Source of the DNA: an uncultured Bacteroidota bacterium
GTDB taxonomy: Bacteria > Bacteroidota > Bacteroidia > Bacteroidales > GCA-2748055
Direction: 5' to 3'
NCBI GenBank assembly: GCA_963783435.1
Contig: CAWANQ010000011.1
Location: 12,808-76,807 of the forward strand
Length of the DNA: 64,000 bases
The notes under the pieces are model-generated. The model saw only the letters and a program-made list of their open reading frames with translations. It made no database searches and was not told the DNA's origin. Position 1 is the stretch's first letter, and the number at the start of each line of letters is the position of its first letter. Below, in pieces: positions 18,874 to 28,217 of the stretch. The translations under genes were made by a program, and so were the position numbers.

Positions 18874-19944
18874 ATGATTGACAGAAGATCATTTCTCAAA
18901 AAGTCGGGTGCAGCCACTGCACTTACCATGGGTGCAGCAGCAGGCTTAAGAGGTGGAATTCCTGGAGCGGAAGCAACGAGCTCGCTGGTTTCAAAACCAA
19001 GAATCCTGCCCAGGGCATTGAAAAAAGGCGATTTAATTGGCCTGGTTACCCCGGGCAGCCCCATCACCAAGGAGCAGTTGGATGGAGCCATTCAGAAATT
19101 GGAAGACCTTGGTTTCAGGACCTACCATCAGGAGTCGGTGCTCTCCGAATATGGTTATCTGGCCGGCAAGGACCCTGAAAGGGCCGACGAGCTGATGCAT
19201 ATGTTTAACAATGAGGAGGTAAAGGGCATCTGGTGTGTTCGGGGCGGATATGGATCCATACGAATTCTGAGTCGGCTCGACTATGAAAAAATTCAACAAA
19301 ACCCCAAAGTATTTATTGGTTACAGCGACATCACTGCGCTTCTGACGACCATTTATGAGCAGACCGGATTGGTCACCTACCATGGACCGGTGGGAACCTC
19401 TGACTTCAATAGATTTAACGTGAAATCTCTGGAAAAGGTGCTGATGAATCCAGGCCCGGACTACCGCTACCCTTACAAAAGAGACAAAGGTACCCGAAAG
19501 AATCCGGAATTTGATCGCTATACCATCCTTGGAGGAGAGGCTGAAGGCCTTCTGATCGGCGGCAATATCAGCGTACTGGACTCCATGATAGGAGGCCCGT
19601 TTGAACCGGACTTTGAGAATAAGATTGTGTACCTGGAGGAGATAGGAGAGAAGACCTACAGGCTGGATAAGATGCTGTTTCATCTCCTGGAGGCCACCAA
19701 CCTGAAGCTGGCAGCAGGGATCGCCATGGGGGTAATGGAAGGTTGCAACATCAATGATGAACCCAGGCTCACACTCAAGCAGGCCATCTGGGATCTGCTG
19801 GAACCCCTGGAGATGCCCATTTCATACGGACTCTCATTCGGACATATTGAGCAGATCATCACCTTGCCCAATGGCATTATGGCCAGTCTCAATGCCGACA
19901 GAAATTCCCTTAAACTTCTTGAAAAAACAGTGGAGGTATGGTAA
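18874..19944 (+). CDS. LD-carboxypeptidase (peptidase S66, LdcA/YkfA-like) with Tat-type signal
   Basis: 356 aa. The N-terminus is MIDRRSFLKKSGAATALTMG. The nucleophile motif is GYSDITAL, and the C-terminus has FGH. Confidence 0.85.
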   Translation: MIDRRSFLKKSGAATALTMGAAAGLRGGIPGAEATSSLVSKPRILPRALKKGDLIGLVTPGSPITKEQLDGAIQKLEDLGFRTYHQESVLSEYGYLAGKDPERADELMHMFNNEEVKGIWCVRGGYGSIRILSRLDYEKIQQNPKVFIGYSDITALLTTIYEQTGLVTYHGPVGTSDFNRFNVKSLEKVLMNPGPDYRYPYKRDKGTRKNPEFDRYTILGGEAEGLLIGGNISVLDSMIGGPFEPDFENKIVYLEEIGEKTYRLDKMLFHLLEATNLKLAAGIAMGVMEGCNINDEPRLTLKQAIWDLLEPLEMPISYGLSFGHIEQIITLPNGIMASLNADRNSLKLLEKTVEVW

Positions 19945-21422
19945 ATGAATTTGGAATTCTTTCGGTCTTACCTCCCCTCCTGGCCATTATCCTGGCCCTG
20001 AGAACCAAGCAGGTCTATATTTCCCTGGTGGTTGGGATCTGGCTGGGCTGGTTGATTATTAGCGACTGGAATATTCTGCAGGGTACCATCGCTACACTGG
20101 AGGGATTTGTGGAGGTATTTAAATCTCCTGGAAATACCAGAACCATCATGTTCAGCGCACTGGTGGGTGCGCTTTTAATTTTCATTCAGTATTCGGGTGG
20201 AGTGCAGGGATTTATCCTGGGGATGGAGAAGTTTCTGTTGAGGGTCGAAAAGAAGGGAAAGGGCAGAAGCAGGGTGGTGGTTGAGTTGATTGCCCTGGCT
20301 ACCGGTGTACTCCTTTTCATAGAAACAAGCATCAGTTCATTAACCGTGGGCACCCTTTACCGGCCTGTATTTGATCGCTTAAAGATCCCCAGAGAGAAGC
20401 TGGCTTACATTGCCGATTCAAGTTCGGCACCCAGTTCCATCCTGATCCCTTTCAATGCCTGGGGAGCATTTATCATGGGACTCTTACTTACCCAGGGAAT
20501 TGAAAATCCGTTCATGACCCTGGTTTCAGCAATGACCTACAATTTCTATCCCATGCTGGCCATTATAATGGTTTTTGTGATCATTATATCGCGAAAGGAT
20601 TTTGGTCCCATGGCCAGGGCAGAGAAACGTACGCGGGAAACGGGAAAGCTGCTTAACGATGGGGCCAGGCCCATGGTCTCCGATGAGATCACCTCTTATG
20701 AGATGAAGAAGGGTATAAAACCCAGAGCCATTAATATGATTCTGCCCCTGGCGGTGATGATTGTGATGATGGTGGTAAGCCTGGCCTATACGGGATGGAA
20801 CCTGGTGGAGGAGCCATCTTCTTTTATGAACCATCTGGCAAAGGCATTGGGCAAGGGATCGGGATCAGCTGCTGTGCTCTATTCGGTTACCACCGCTATC
20901 CTGGTGGCCATGATCCTATACCGAGCCCAGGGAATTATGAGAATCCGTAAAATGGTGGAGCTGATCCTGAAAGGGATCAGTGAGCTGATGCCACTGGCCC
21001 TGCTGATGATGCTGGCCTTTTCCATCAGCCATGTATGTAACAGTCTGGGTACAGGTGAATATGTGGCCGGGATTACCGAGGGGTGGCTTTCACCCGCCCT
21101 CTTGCCTGCTGTAATTTTTATCCTCTCTTCATTTATTGCCTTCTCCACCGGAACATCCTGGGGTACCTTTGCCATCATGATAGCCATCGCGCTCCCCATG
21201 GCAGAGATACATGGAGCAAACCTTTACCTGGTGGTGGCAGCTACCATGGGGGGTGGTGTATTTGGTGATCACTGTTCTCCCATATCAGATACCACCATTA
21301 TCTCTTCCATGGCTTCAGCTTCAGACCACATCGATCATGTGCGGACACAACTGCCCTACGCCCTGCTTACAGGAGGCCTGACTGTGGTGATTTACCTGAT
21401 CCTTGGGTTTATACTCAGTTGA
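19938..21422 (+). CDS. Na+/H+ antiporter NhaC-family transporter
   Basis: 494 aa and polytopic, with NhaC-like segments (SAPSSILIPFNAWGAF, GDHCSPISDTTI). It overlaps the ldcA-like stop by 7 nt. Confidence 0.8.
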   Translation: MVNEFGILSVLPPLLAIILALRTKQVYISLVVGIWLGWLIISDWNILQGTIATLEGFVEVFKSPGNTRTIMFSALVGALLIFIQYSGGVQGFILGMEKFLLRVEKKGKGRSRVVVELIALATGVLLFIETSISSLTVGTLYRPVFDRLKIPREKLAYIADSSSAPSSILIPFNAWGAFIMGLLLTQGIENPFMTLVSAMTYNFYPMLAIIMVFVIIISRKDFGPMARAEKRTRETGKLLNDGARPMVSDEITSYEMKKGIKPRAINMILPLAVMIVMMVVSLAYTGWNLVEEPSSFMNHLAKALGKGSGSAAVLYSVTTAILVAMILYRAQGIMRIRKMVELILKGISELMPLALLMMLAFSISHVCNSLGTGEYVAGITEGWLSPALLPAVIFILSSFIAFSTGTSWGTFAIMIAIALPMAEIHGANLYLVVAATMGGGVFGDHCSPISDTTIISSMASASDHIDHVRTQLPYALLTGGLTVVIYLILGFILS

Positions 21423-22530
21423 CCCTGGGAAGGTGCTTTTTCAGACTCCTTATCAGGCGGTCTATTTGATCAGAGGTGTGCGTGGAGGAGACTACGATTC
21501 TGAGCACCCCTTCTGATCCGGCACCATGGTATTTGGCATATTGGATGAAAATTCCCTCCTCGAGCAGGTCTTGATGAAGGTGGATCATTTGAGAAGAACT
21601 CTCCAATTTGAAAGCCACAATGGGGATTTGATTGTCATCGGAGGCGATTTTAAGTGGCTCTAATCCGGCTTTTAGCAAATAGGCATTCTCCCAGAGCTTT
21701 TGCCTCAGAAAGGGTTCTTTATGCACCAATTCCAGGCCTTTCATAGAAGCTGCTATGGCTGCATTCATAGGGGGTGTGGAGCCTGTTAGTATGCTTCCAT
21801 CTCTTACCTGGGAAATAAAACTGTGACTCCCGCATAGGATCCCTCCATATCCTCCAAAAGCTTTGGAGAGGGTGGCTCCCATGTATATTCTGGGCGAATC
21901 CAAACCAAAATGTTCTATGCTACCCCTTCCGTTTTCTCCCAGGATTCCTACCCCGTGGGCATCGTCTACCCAAATAAGGGCATCGTATCTTTCTGCCAGA
22001 TCGAGGTAGCGGTCCAGGGGTGCCAGCTGGGCTGTCACAGGGAACAAACCATCGGTAACAATAAGGGCTCTCTGCATTTTGGCAGATGTGCTCTCCAAGT
22101 TTGATCTAAGGCTCCTTACATGCCGGTGTGTAAATCTAATAATCGGTAGTCCAAGTGCTGCAGCTCCATCGAACAGGCTGTAGTGCGAGTTTTCATCCAG
22201 CAAAATGACATCAAAAAGATTCATTTCCTTCATCGCTTTTAAGCCGGCCAGGTTGGATAGATAGCCCGAAGGCAGAAAAACAGCGTCATCCGATCTAAAA
22301 TAAGCAGCAATTTTCTCTTCGAGCTCCAGTAGCAAAGGACTTGTTCCTGCCAGGGATCGGCTGGTGGCGGTCCCCACACCCCAGGCTGAGGATGCCTTGT
22401 TGGCAGCAGCAATAATTCTGGAGTCTGACTGCAAATTGAAATAGGCTGTGCCGGCAAAATAGAGGTAATTTTTGCCGTCAAGCCTCACTTCCGCACCCGG
22501 AGGGCTCATCATAAGTGGTCTTTCCATCAT
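21415..22530 (-). CDS. PLP-dependent alpha-oxoamine synthase family enzyme (AONS/KBL/SPT-like)
   Basis: 371 aa. Motifs are DDAHGVGILGENGRG and the PLP-lysine motif ATLSKAFGGYGG. Confidence 0.8.
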   Translation of the reverse strand: MMERPLMMSPPGAEVRLDGKNYLYFAGTAYFNLQSDSRIIAAANKASSAWGVGTATSRSLAGTSPLLLELEEKIAAYFRSDDAVFLPSGYLSNLAGLKAMKEMNLFDVILLDENSHYSLFDGAAALGLPIIRFTHRHVRSLRSNLESTSAKMQRALIVTDGLFPVTAQLAPLDRYLDLAERYDALIWVDDAHGVGILGENGRGSIEHFGLDSPRIYMGATLSKAFGGYGGILCGSHSFISQVRDGSILTGSTPPMNAAIAASMKGLELVHKEPFLRQKLWENAYLLKAGLEPLKIASDDNQIPIVAFKLESSSQMIHLHQDLLEEGIFIQYAKYHGAGSEGVLRIVVSSTHTSDQIDRLIRSLKKHLPRVN

Positions 22531-23642
22531 TGCACTACCTCCCTCTCCATGGAGTGCAGATATGCTTCATCAAATGAGGCTCCAATGCCCACGCCTTCTC
22601 CCAGAATCCATTTCCCGCTGCCCTTATATTCAATCCCATCCTTCACCGGATCTTCTGCCAGCATCAGCGAAGAATCCATATCAAAGTAGACAATGTTTTC
22701 CCTGGCTGCCACCAGATGCATCAGGGCAGTGAGCCCATACCTCGACTCGGACATACAACCTACCTGGCTTTTTATTCCAGAGGCCTGGGCGATGGCTATG
22801 ATTTTGAGTGCGTTATTGATACCGCCGGATTTTGAGAATTTAATATTGAAGTAGTCACAGGCACCCATGTGTGCAAGCCGAAAGGCATCGTGATGATCAA
22901 ACAGGGATTCATCGGCCATAATAGGGATGGGGCTGTTCTCTCTTACTTTGACCTGGTCCCGGTTGTTCCAGTGGGCGATAGGTTCTTCACAATGTTCGAT
23001 GTGATATTTATCCAGGGCTTTCAACGTGGAAATGGCAGTGAGTGTATCCCAACCCTGGTTGGCATCAATCCGGATGGGATAGTCAGGACCCACTGCCTCC
23101 CGAATGGCTTTAATTCTGTTGACATCCTCTTTCTGGGTGGTCCCCAACTTTACTTTGATGGCCGGGAAGCCCGACTTCTTAAACTCCTTTGCATCTTTGG
23201 CCATCTTCTCCGGAGTGCCAATGCTGATGGTCATGTCGGTATAAACCTCCCGGCTGTTGCTTCCTCCCAGTAACTTGTAGAGAGGCAGGTCGGCCCTGCG
23301 GGAAAGCAGATCATAGAGGGCCATATCAAAGGCACTTTTCATGGTGTAGTTGCCTTTCACAGCCCGTTCTATCTCTGCCAGCCTGTCTTCTATGGCAAAA
23401 GGATCTTTGCCCACAAGCAGTTTTCCCACCTGCTTAGCCAGTTCGAAAACGGTCTCCTGGGTTTCACCCACAATAAACACAAAGGGAGCACACTCACCTG
23501 TACCAGTGAGTCCCACTGAGGTGTGTATCCTGATCACCACATTGGTAGCTTCTGGAATAACCCCCAGGGAGATCACAAATGGTTCCTTGTAAGGAATGTT
23601 AAGTTTGAAAATTTCAACCTGGGTGATAAGACTCTTTTGCAT
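22527..23642 (-). CDS. enolase-superfamily dipeptide epimerase / muconate-cycloisomerase-like enzyme (no signal peptide)
   Basis: 371 aa. Motifs are AIKVKLG, RIDANQGW, CEEP and IMADES. The stop overlaps the downstream start by ATGA. Confidence 0.8.
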   Translation of the reverse strand: MQKSLITQVEIFKLNIPYKEPFVISLGVIPEATNVVIRIHTSVGLTGTGECAPFVFIVGETQETVFELAKQVGKLLVGKDPFAIEDRLAEIERAVKGNYTMKSAFDMALYDLLSRRADLPLYKLLGGSNSREVYTDMTISIGTPEKMAKDAKEFKKSGFPAIKVKLGTTQKEDVNRIKAIREAVGPDYPIRIDANQGWDTLTAISTLKALDKYHIEHCEEPIAHWNNRDQVKVRENSPIPIMADESLFDHHDAFRLAHMGACDYFNIKFSKSGGINNALKIIAIAQASGIKSQVGCMSESRYGLTALMHLVAARENIVYFDMDSSLMLAEDPVKDGIEYKGSGKWILGEGVGIGASFDEAYLHSMEREVVQ

Positions 23643-23650
23643 ATTCTTAA

Positions 23651-24541
23651 TTATTTAGGTCGCGCCACCATAATGCCTGTGGCCGATTTGCTGCTTACCA
23701 GATAATCTTCCAGGGTGTTTTCTGATACCACCACCTTTTTCGCAGCACTTGATGCATGTAAGAGGTGAACCCGCCCTGATCTCTTTACCAGGATGCCCAC
23801 ATGGGAGATGGCAAGGCCCTCCACCTGGGTGGTAATTCCCACAATATCACCCTCCATTAATTGGCTTTCTATCTCTGATACCATAGACTCGGGTACATAG
23901 TACATCTCTCTCTTTGAAATCTCTTGTTCCTGCCTGGCAATCACCTCTACCAGGGATGGATCCTCTTTTAATTGTCTGTAGCTATCGGGGTGATTACTCA
24001 TAAAAGAGATCTGTTTAGGAAGTGGTGTATTCGCAATACCTTTCGACATGTCCTTAAGGAGCCCTTTTTTCTCATTGTCATGGATCCAGTCACAGAAGTA
24101 GTGCAAACGGGAAGTGTATCCATCCAGGACTCCATCACGGTATCTTATCTTTTGTAATTCTGCAGCAAATTGCTCGAAAGTGGGTTGGGTACTTTGAATG
24201 GTTCCGGCCAGAGCCAGGCAGTACTCTGCAAAGGTGGTGCAATCCATTTCCCTCACATTGATCACCAGCTGCTCTCCATCCACTTCGAGCGTATGTGCCA
24301 CATAGGGTGTTTCCTGGAAATAGCCACCCACACTTGCCATTAATGTTGAAGTGGCAGCCTCTTTATCGTCAGAAAAATGCTCCAGAATCTCATCCACCAA
24401 ACTCCTGTCTTCCTTCTGGTAAGTCACTTTTTGTAAATCAATGAATGCTTGACTTAGAAGTGTATTACACTCCATGAACAGCAGCAGAGCCAGGAGGAAA
24501 CAGAGCCGGGATTTTCTCAAACATTGGATGTAGAATGTCAT
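23651..24541 (-). CDS. DUF1460 family protein (NlpC/P60-fold N-acetylmuramoyl-L-alanine amidase-like)
   Basis: 296 aa with a signal peptide. The Cys motif is REMDCTTFAEYCLAL and the His motif is ISHVGILV. Confidence 0.7.
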   Translation of the reverse strand: MTFYIQCLRKSRLCFLLALLLFMECNTLLSQAFIDLQKVTYQKEDRSLVDEILEHFSDDKEAATSTLMASVGGYFQETPYVAHTLEVDGEQLVINVREMDCTTFAEYCLALAGTIQSTQPTFEQFAAELQKIRYRDGVLDGYTSRLHYFCDWIHDNEKKGLLKDMSKGIANTPLPKQISFMSNHPDSYRQLKEDPSLVEVIARQEQEISKREMYYVPESMVSEIESQLMEGDIVGITTQVEGLAISHVGILVKRSGRVHLLHASSAAKKVVVSENTLEDYLVSSKSATGIMVARPK

Positions 24542-24858
24542 AAGAGCTTAATTTGTAATTAGTAAAGATAACAAGTTTCATCCATATCTTTTGTAGCCCG
24601 AAGTATAGTAATACGCATGATTCTGTGAGCATTGAATGCCATGTCAAAAAAACCTCTTTTTGCTTAAAACATCGTTTTTGAGATCTGATTGATTTACCAG
24701 GGATATGAGTATGATGTAAATCACCTTCTGATTATTTGCCAGCTTGAAGGGATTCCTTATTTTTAATGAGAGAATAAGGTATCATATACCGAATCTAACA
24801 AAAGCTAACTGAATTAGCCCATATAAATGGAGATTCACATCTCTTAAATAATATATCT

Positions 24859-25765
24859 ATGGAGAATAATTCCCGAAGAAAATTCATGAAAACACTGGGT
24901 GCTTCCCTGGGTACTGCCGGTGTGATAGGCAGTGGCAGTATCCTGGCTTCATGCAACAGGGTAGAAGAGGTATCCGGTGATAAGATTACGCTGCTTACCT
25001 CCAGTGGTGAACTGGTTGAGGTGGATAAATCGCAGCTCACACCGGCAGAAATGCCCTCTCTCACAGAAAATCAAAAAAGGGGAAGGAAAGGTTTACCCGG
25101 GAGGAGCTGGGTCATGGTGATTGACCTCTCCAAGTGCCGCAACGCACGTGAGTGTATGAAGGCATGCCAGAGCCATCATCAACTGAGGCCCGAGCAGCAT
25201 CACATCAATGTGCTTCAAATGCAGGAGACCGAGCAAACCTCTCCTTACTACATGCCTAAAGCCCTGTCAGCATTGCGACAATCCACCCTGTACCAAGGTT
25301 TGTCCGGTGAATGCCACATTCAAACGGGAAGATGGCATTGTATTGATCGACAATGAACGATGCATAGGTTGCAGATTCTGTATTGCTGCCTGTCCCTATT
25401 CGGCCAGGGTGTTTAACTGGTTTGAACCCAGGGATGCAGAGAAATATGAAGGGGTTACCTATAACATAGAGGCCAATGTACCTCAGAAGAAAGGGACCAT
25501 CTCCAAGTGCCTGTTCAGTGCAGACCGCTTGAGAGCAGGACAACTTCCTTCTTGCGTATCCGCCTGTCCCAATGGAGTTTACTGGTTTGGAGACCGCAAT
25601 GAGGACGCAGTAACCAATGGAACCACAAAGGAGACTGTAAGTTTCAGTAAACTGGTTGGAGAGGGAGCTGCTTATACCCTGATGAAGGAACTGGGTACGG
25701 CGCCCAGGGTATACTATTTGCCACCCAAGGACAGGGCCTTCCCTTTTGAAGCTGAACAAGTGTAA
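24859..25765 (+). pseudogene. Tat-exported 4Fe-4S ferredoxin-type subunit (NrfC/PsrB/ActB2-like), split by one extra base
   Basis: ORFs 24859..25356 and 25208..25765 join as ...TSPYYMPK|PCQHCDNPPCTKVCPVNATF...CIGCRFCIAACPY if base ~25261 is skipped. The Tat signal is SRRKFMKTLGA. Confidence 0.7.
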
Positions 25766-25786
25766 CAGAACTTAATTACCTGACAG

Positions 25787-27147
25787 ATGAATAAAATTGA
25801 ATCTCCTGAAGAATCGAGGAAGCTACTTGATAAGATAGTATTCGATTTAACAAGATCCATTGTAAAAAAGGATGAACTGACCAGGTTCTGGTTCTTTATT
25901 CTGATCATGTTCGCTGGTGTTGGATTATGGGGTTGGATCGTGCAGATCGACAATGGTTTGGGTGTGACAGGAATGCGGGACTATGTTTCCTGGGGATTGT
26001 ACATCGCCAACTTCGTTTTCTTTGTGGCGGTGAGCCTGGTGGGCCTTTTGATCAGCTCGGTGTTGCAGTTACTGAAAATAAGCTGGGCGAAGCCTGTATC
26101 CCGGGCTGCCGAGCAAATCGCCATTGCAGCTGTGGCCCTGGCAGGTATTATTATTGTGATGGACATGGGGCGTCCCGACAGGCTGCTTAATGTATTTATG
26201 CATGGCAGGTTTGCTTCACCCATCGTATGGGACCTAACCGTGGTTTCAACCTACCTGGCCATCTCTGTCCTGCTGTTTTACATACCCCTGATTCCGGATC
26301 TGGCCCTGATGCGTGACCGCATGGGATCAGAGCTTCCCAAATGGAAATTGAAGCTCTATAAAATACTGGCATTGGGCTGGAAGGGCAATGATCGACAATA
26401 CAAAACCGTTTACCATGCCCTCAGGGTGCTGATGATTCTGATTATTCCTGTTGGGCTTTCCATCCACACAGTTACCTCCTGGCTTTTCGCTGCCACCCTT
26501 CGTCCTGGATGGGACAGCACTATTTTCGGGCCCTATTTTGTAGTGGGTGCCTTTGTGGCCGGATCGGCAGCAGTCATTATTCTCATGTACGTATACCGGT
26601 TAAGGTATGGCCTCAAGGAGTATTTCGAAGATGTGCATTTTGATAAAATGGGCAGGTTCTGGTGCTGGTGAGCCTGGTCTACCTCTATTTCAACATCAAT
26701 GAATTTTTGGTTCCTGTTTACAAAATGAAGCTTGCTGAAGGGGTTCATCTCAGCGAACTTTTTTCCGGCGGTTATGCCTTTCTTTTCTGGTTTGTTCAGA
26801 TCGTGGGACTGGTCCTGCCCATCCTGCTGATCAGGTTGAAGTTTTTCAGGAAACCATTGCCACTCACACTAATTGCTGTGGTGGTGTTGTTGTCTGCCTG
26901 GTTTAAAAGATATTTAATTGTGATTCCCACCTTGGAACACCCCTTTTTGCCGGTCCAGAATGTACCCGAACACTTTCACCATTATGAGCCCACCAGCATC
27001 GAAGTAATGATCATGCTCTTTTCATTCTTTGCCAGTCTCTTAATCATATCTGTGCTGGCAAAGCTGTTTCCTGTAATCACCATCTGGGAGTATGCCGAGG
27101 AGAAAGGCATCGATAAGAAATACTTTACAGAAAAACCTAAAAACTAA
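25787..27147 (+). pseudogene. NrfD/PsrC-family polytopic quinol-interacting membrane subunit, split by one missing base
   Basis: ORFs 25787..26671 and 26662..27147 join as ...HFDKMGRF(L)VLVSLVYLYFNINEF if one base is restored at ~26660. The combined length of ~450 aa is typical for NrfD-like subunits. Confidence 0.7.
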
Positions 27148-27153
27148 CTGGCC

Positions 27154-28035
27154 ATGAAGAGAAAATGGAGTTATTTACCCGCGGTGCTGCTTATGTCATG
27201 TGCACAACTGGTTTTGGGTCAGGACTGGCTGGTGCCTGACGACGAGTCGGCTCTTCCCAACCCATCACCCTATACCCTGGAGAATATAAAAGCAGGGAAA
27301 GATTTGTATACCCTCAACTGCAAATCGTGCCACGGCGATCCCGGGAAAAACAATCCCCTGCTGCTGGTTCCAACACCGGTGGACATCGCCTCCGAAAAAA
27401 TGCATCTCAACAGTGAAGGTGCCCTCTTCTATAAAATTACCAAAGGGAGGGGTATCATGCCGCCGTTTGAGGGATCCATTTCTGAAGCGGACAGGTGGAG
27501 GCTGGTTAATTTTATTCAGAATTTCAAGCCGGGAGGAGAAATGCTGCTTGTGGATGCTCCCCCCATAAAAGCCAAGCTGTTGGCCTCTGTCAATGAACAG
27601 AATTCTACAGTGGAAATTCTGGCTGAATCTGAAGGTGAAAACAGCTCATTTTCCCAACTTGAGAATGCCCCGGTCATCATCAGTTCCAAGAGGGCTTTTG
27701 GTAACATTGAAATAGGACGGGCAACGACCAATGAAAATGGGAGGGCAGAATATAAAATCCCCGATCAGGTCATAGGGGATGAAGAGGGATACTTGAGCAT
27801 CGTGGTATCTCTGAGTGAAGATTATGAGGCCCAGGAGGTATACCTGGATAAAGCCAGGGTAGGTAAAATGAAAGAGGTTCCTCAATTGATTAAGAGCGAT
27901 GTCCTCTGGTCCACAAATGACAATGTGTCCCTGTGGTTGCTTTTTTCATACATCGCTTTTGCAGGAGGAGCCTGGGCCGTTATTGGATATGTGATCTTCC
28001 AGCTGATAAAGGTTAAAAAGTATAGCAAATCATAA
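27154..28035 (+). CDS. monohaem c-type cytochrome with C-terminal membrane anchor
   Basis: 293 aa with a signal peptide. There is a single CKSCHG haem site with a distal GIMPPF Met, and a C-terminal TM helix LWLLFSYIAFAGGAWAVIGYVIF. Confidence 0.85.
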   Translation: MKRKWSYLPAVLLMSCAQLVLGQDWLVPDDESALPNPSPYTLENIKAGKDLYTLNCKSCHGDPGKNNPLLLVPTPVDIASEKMHLNSEGALFYKITKGRGIMPPFEGSISEADRWRLVNFIQNFKPGGEMLLVDAPPIKAKLLASVNEQNSTVEILAESEGENSSFSQLENAPVIISSKRAFGNIEIGRATTNENGRAEYKIPDQVIGDEEGYLSIVVSLSEDYEAQEVYLDKARVGKMKEVPQLIKSDVLWSTNDNVSLWLLFSYIAFAGGAWAVIGYVIFQLIKVKKYSKS

Positions 28036-28049
28036 TATAATCGGGTCGG

Positions 28050-28217
28050 ATGAATATTTTCTATCTACTGATCGGAGTAAGCCTGCTCGCCGCACTTATT
28101 TTTCTGGGCGCCTTTATCTGGGCAGTTCGGAATGGTCAGTTTGAAGATAATGATACACCCGCAAGACGGATCTTGTTTGACGATGACCCCATTGAAAAAG
28201 AAGAGGTCCCTCATTGA
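28050..28217 (+). CDS. ccoS: cbb3-type cytochrome oxidase maturation protein CcoS (55 aa)
   Basis: It is below the ORF-track size cut-off. Manual translation gives MNIFYLLIGVSLLAALIFLGAFIWAVRNGQFEDNDTPARRILFDDDPIEKEEVPH*, the classic CcoS pattern. Confidence 0.8.
   Translation: MNIFYLLIGVSLLAALIFLGAFIWAVRNGQFEDNDTPARRILFDDDPIEKEEVPH

Noticed and set aside
24542-24858. Search for an FNR/FixK (TTGAT-N4-ATCAA) box or riboswitch upstream of the NrfC-like/cco cluster
   Set aside because: Only an AATCA-N5-TGATT inverted repeat was found, with the wrong half-site orientation and spacing. No convincing conserved RNA structure was seen by eye.
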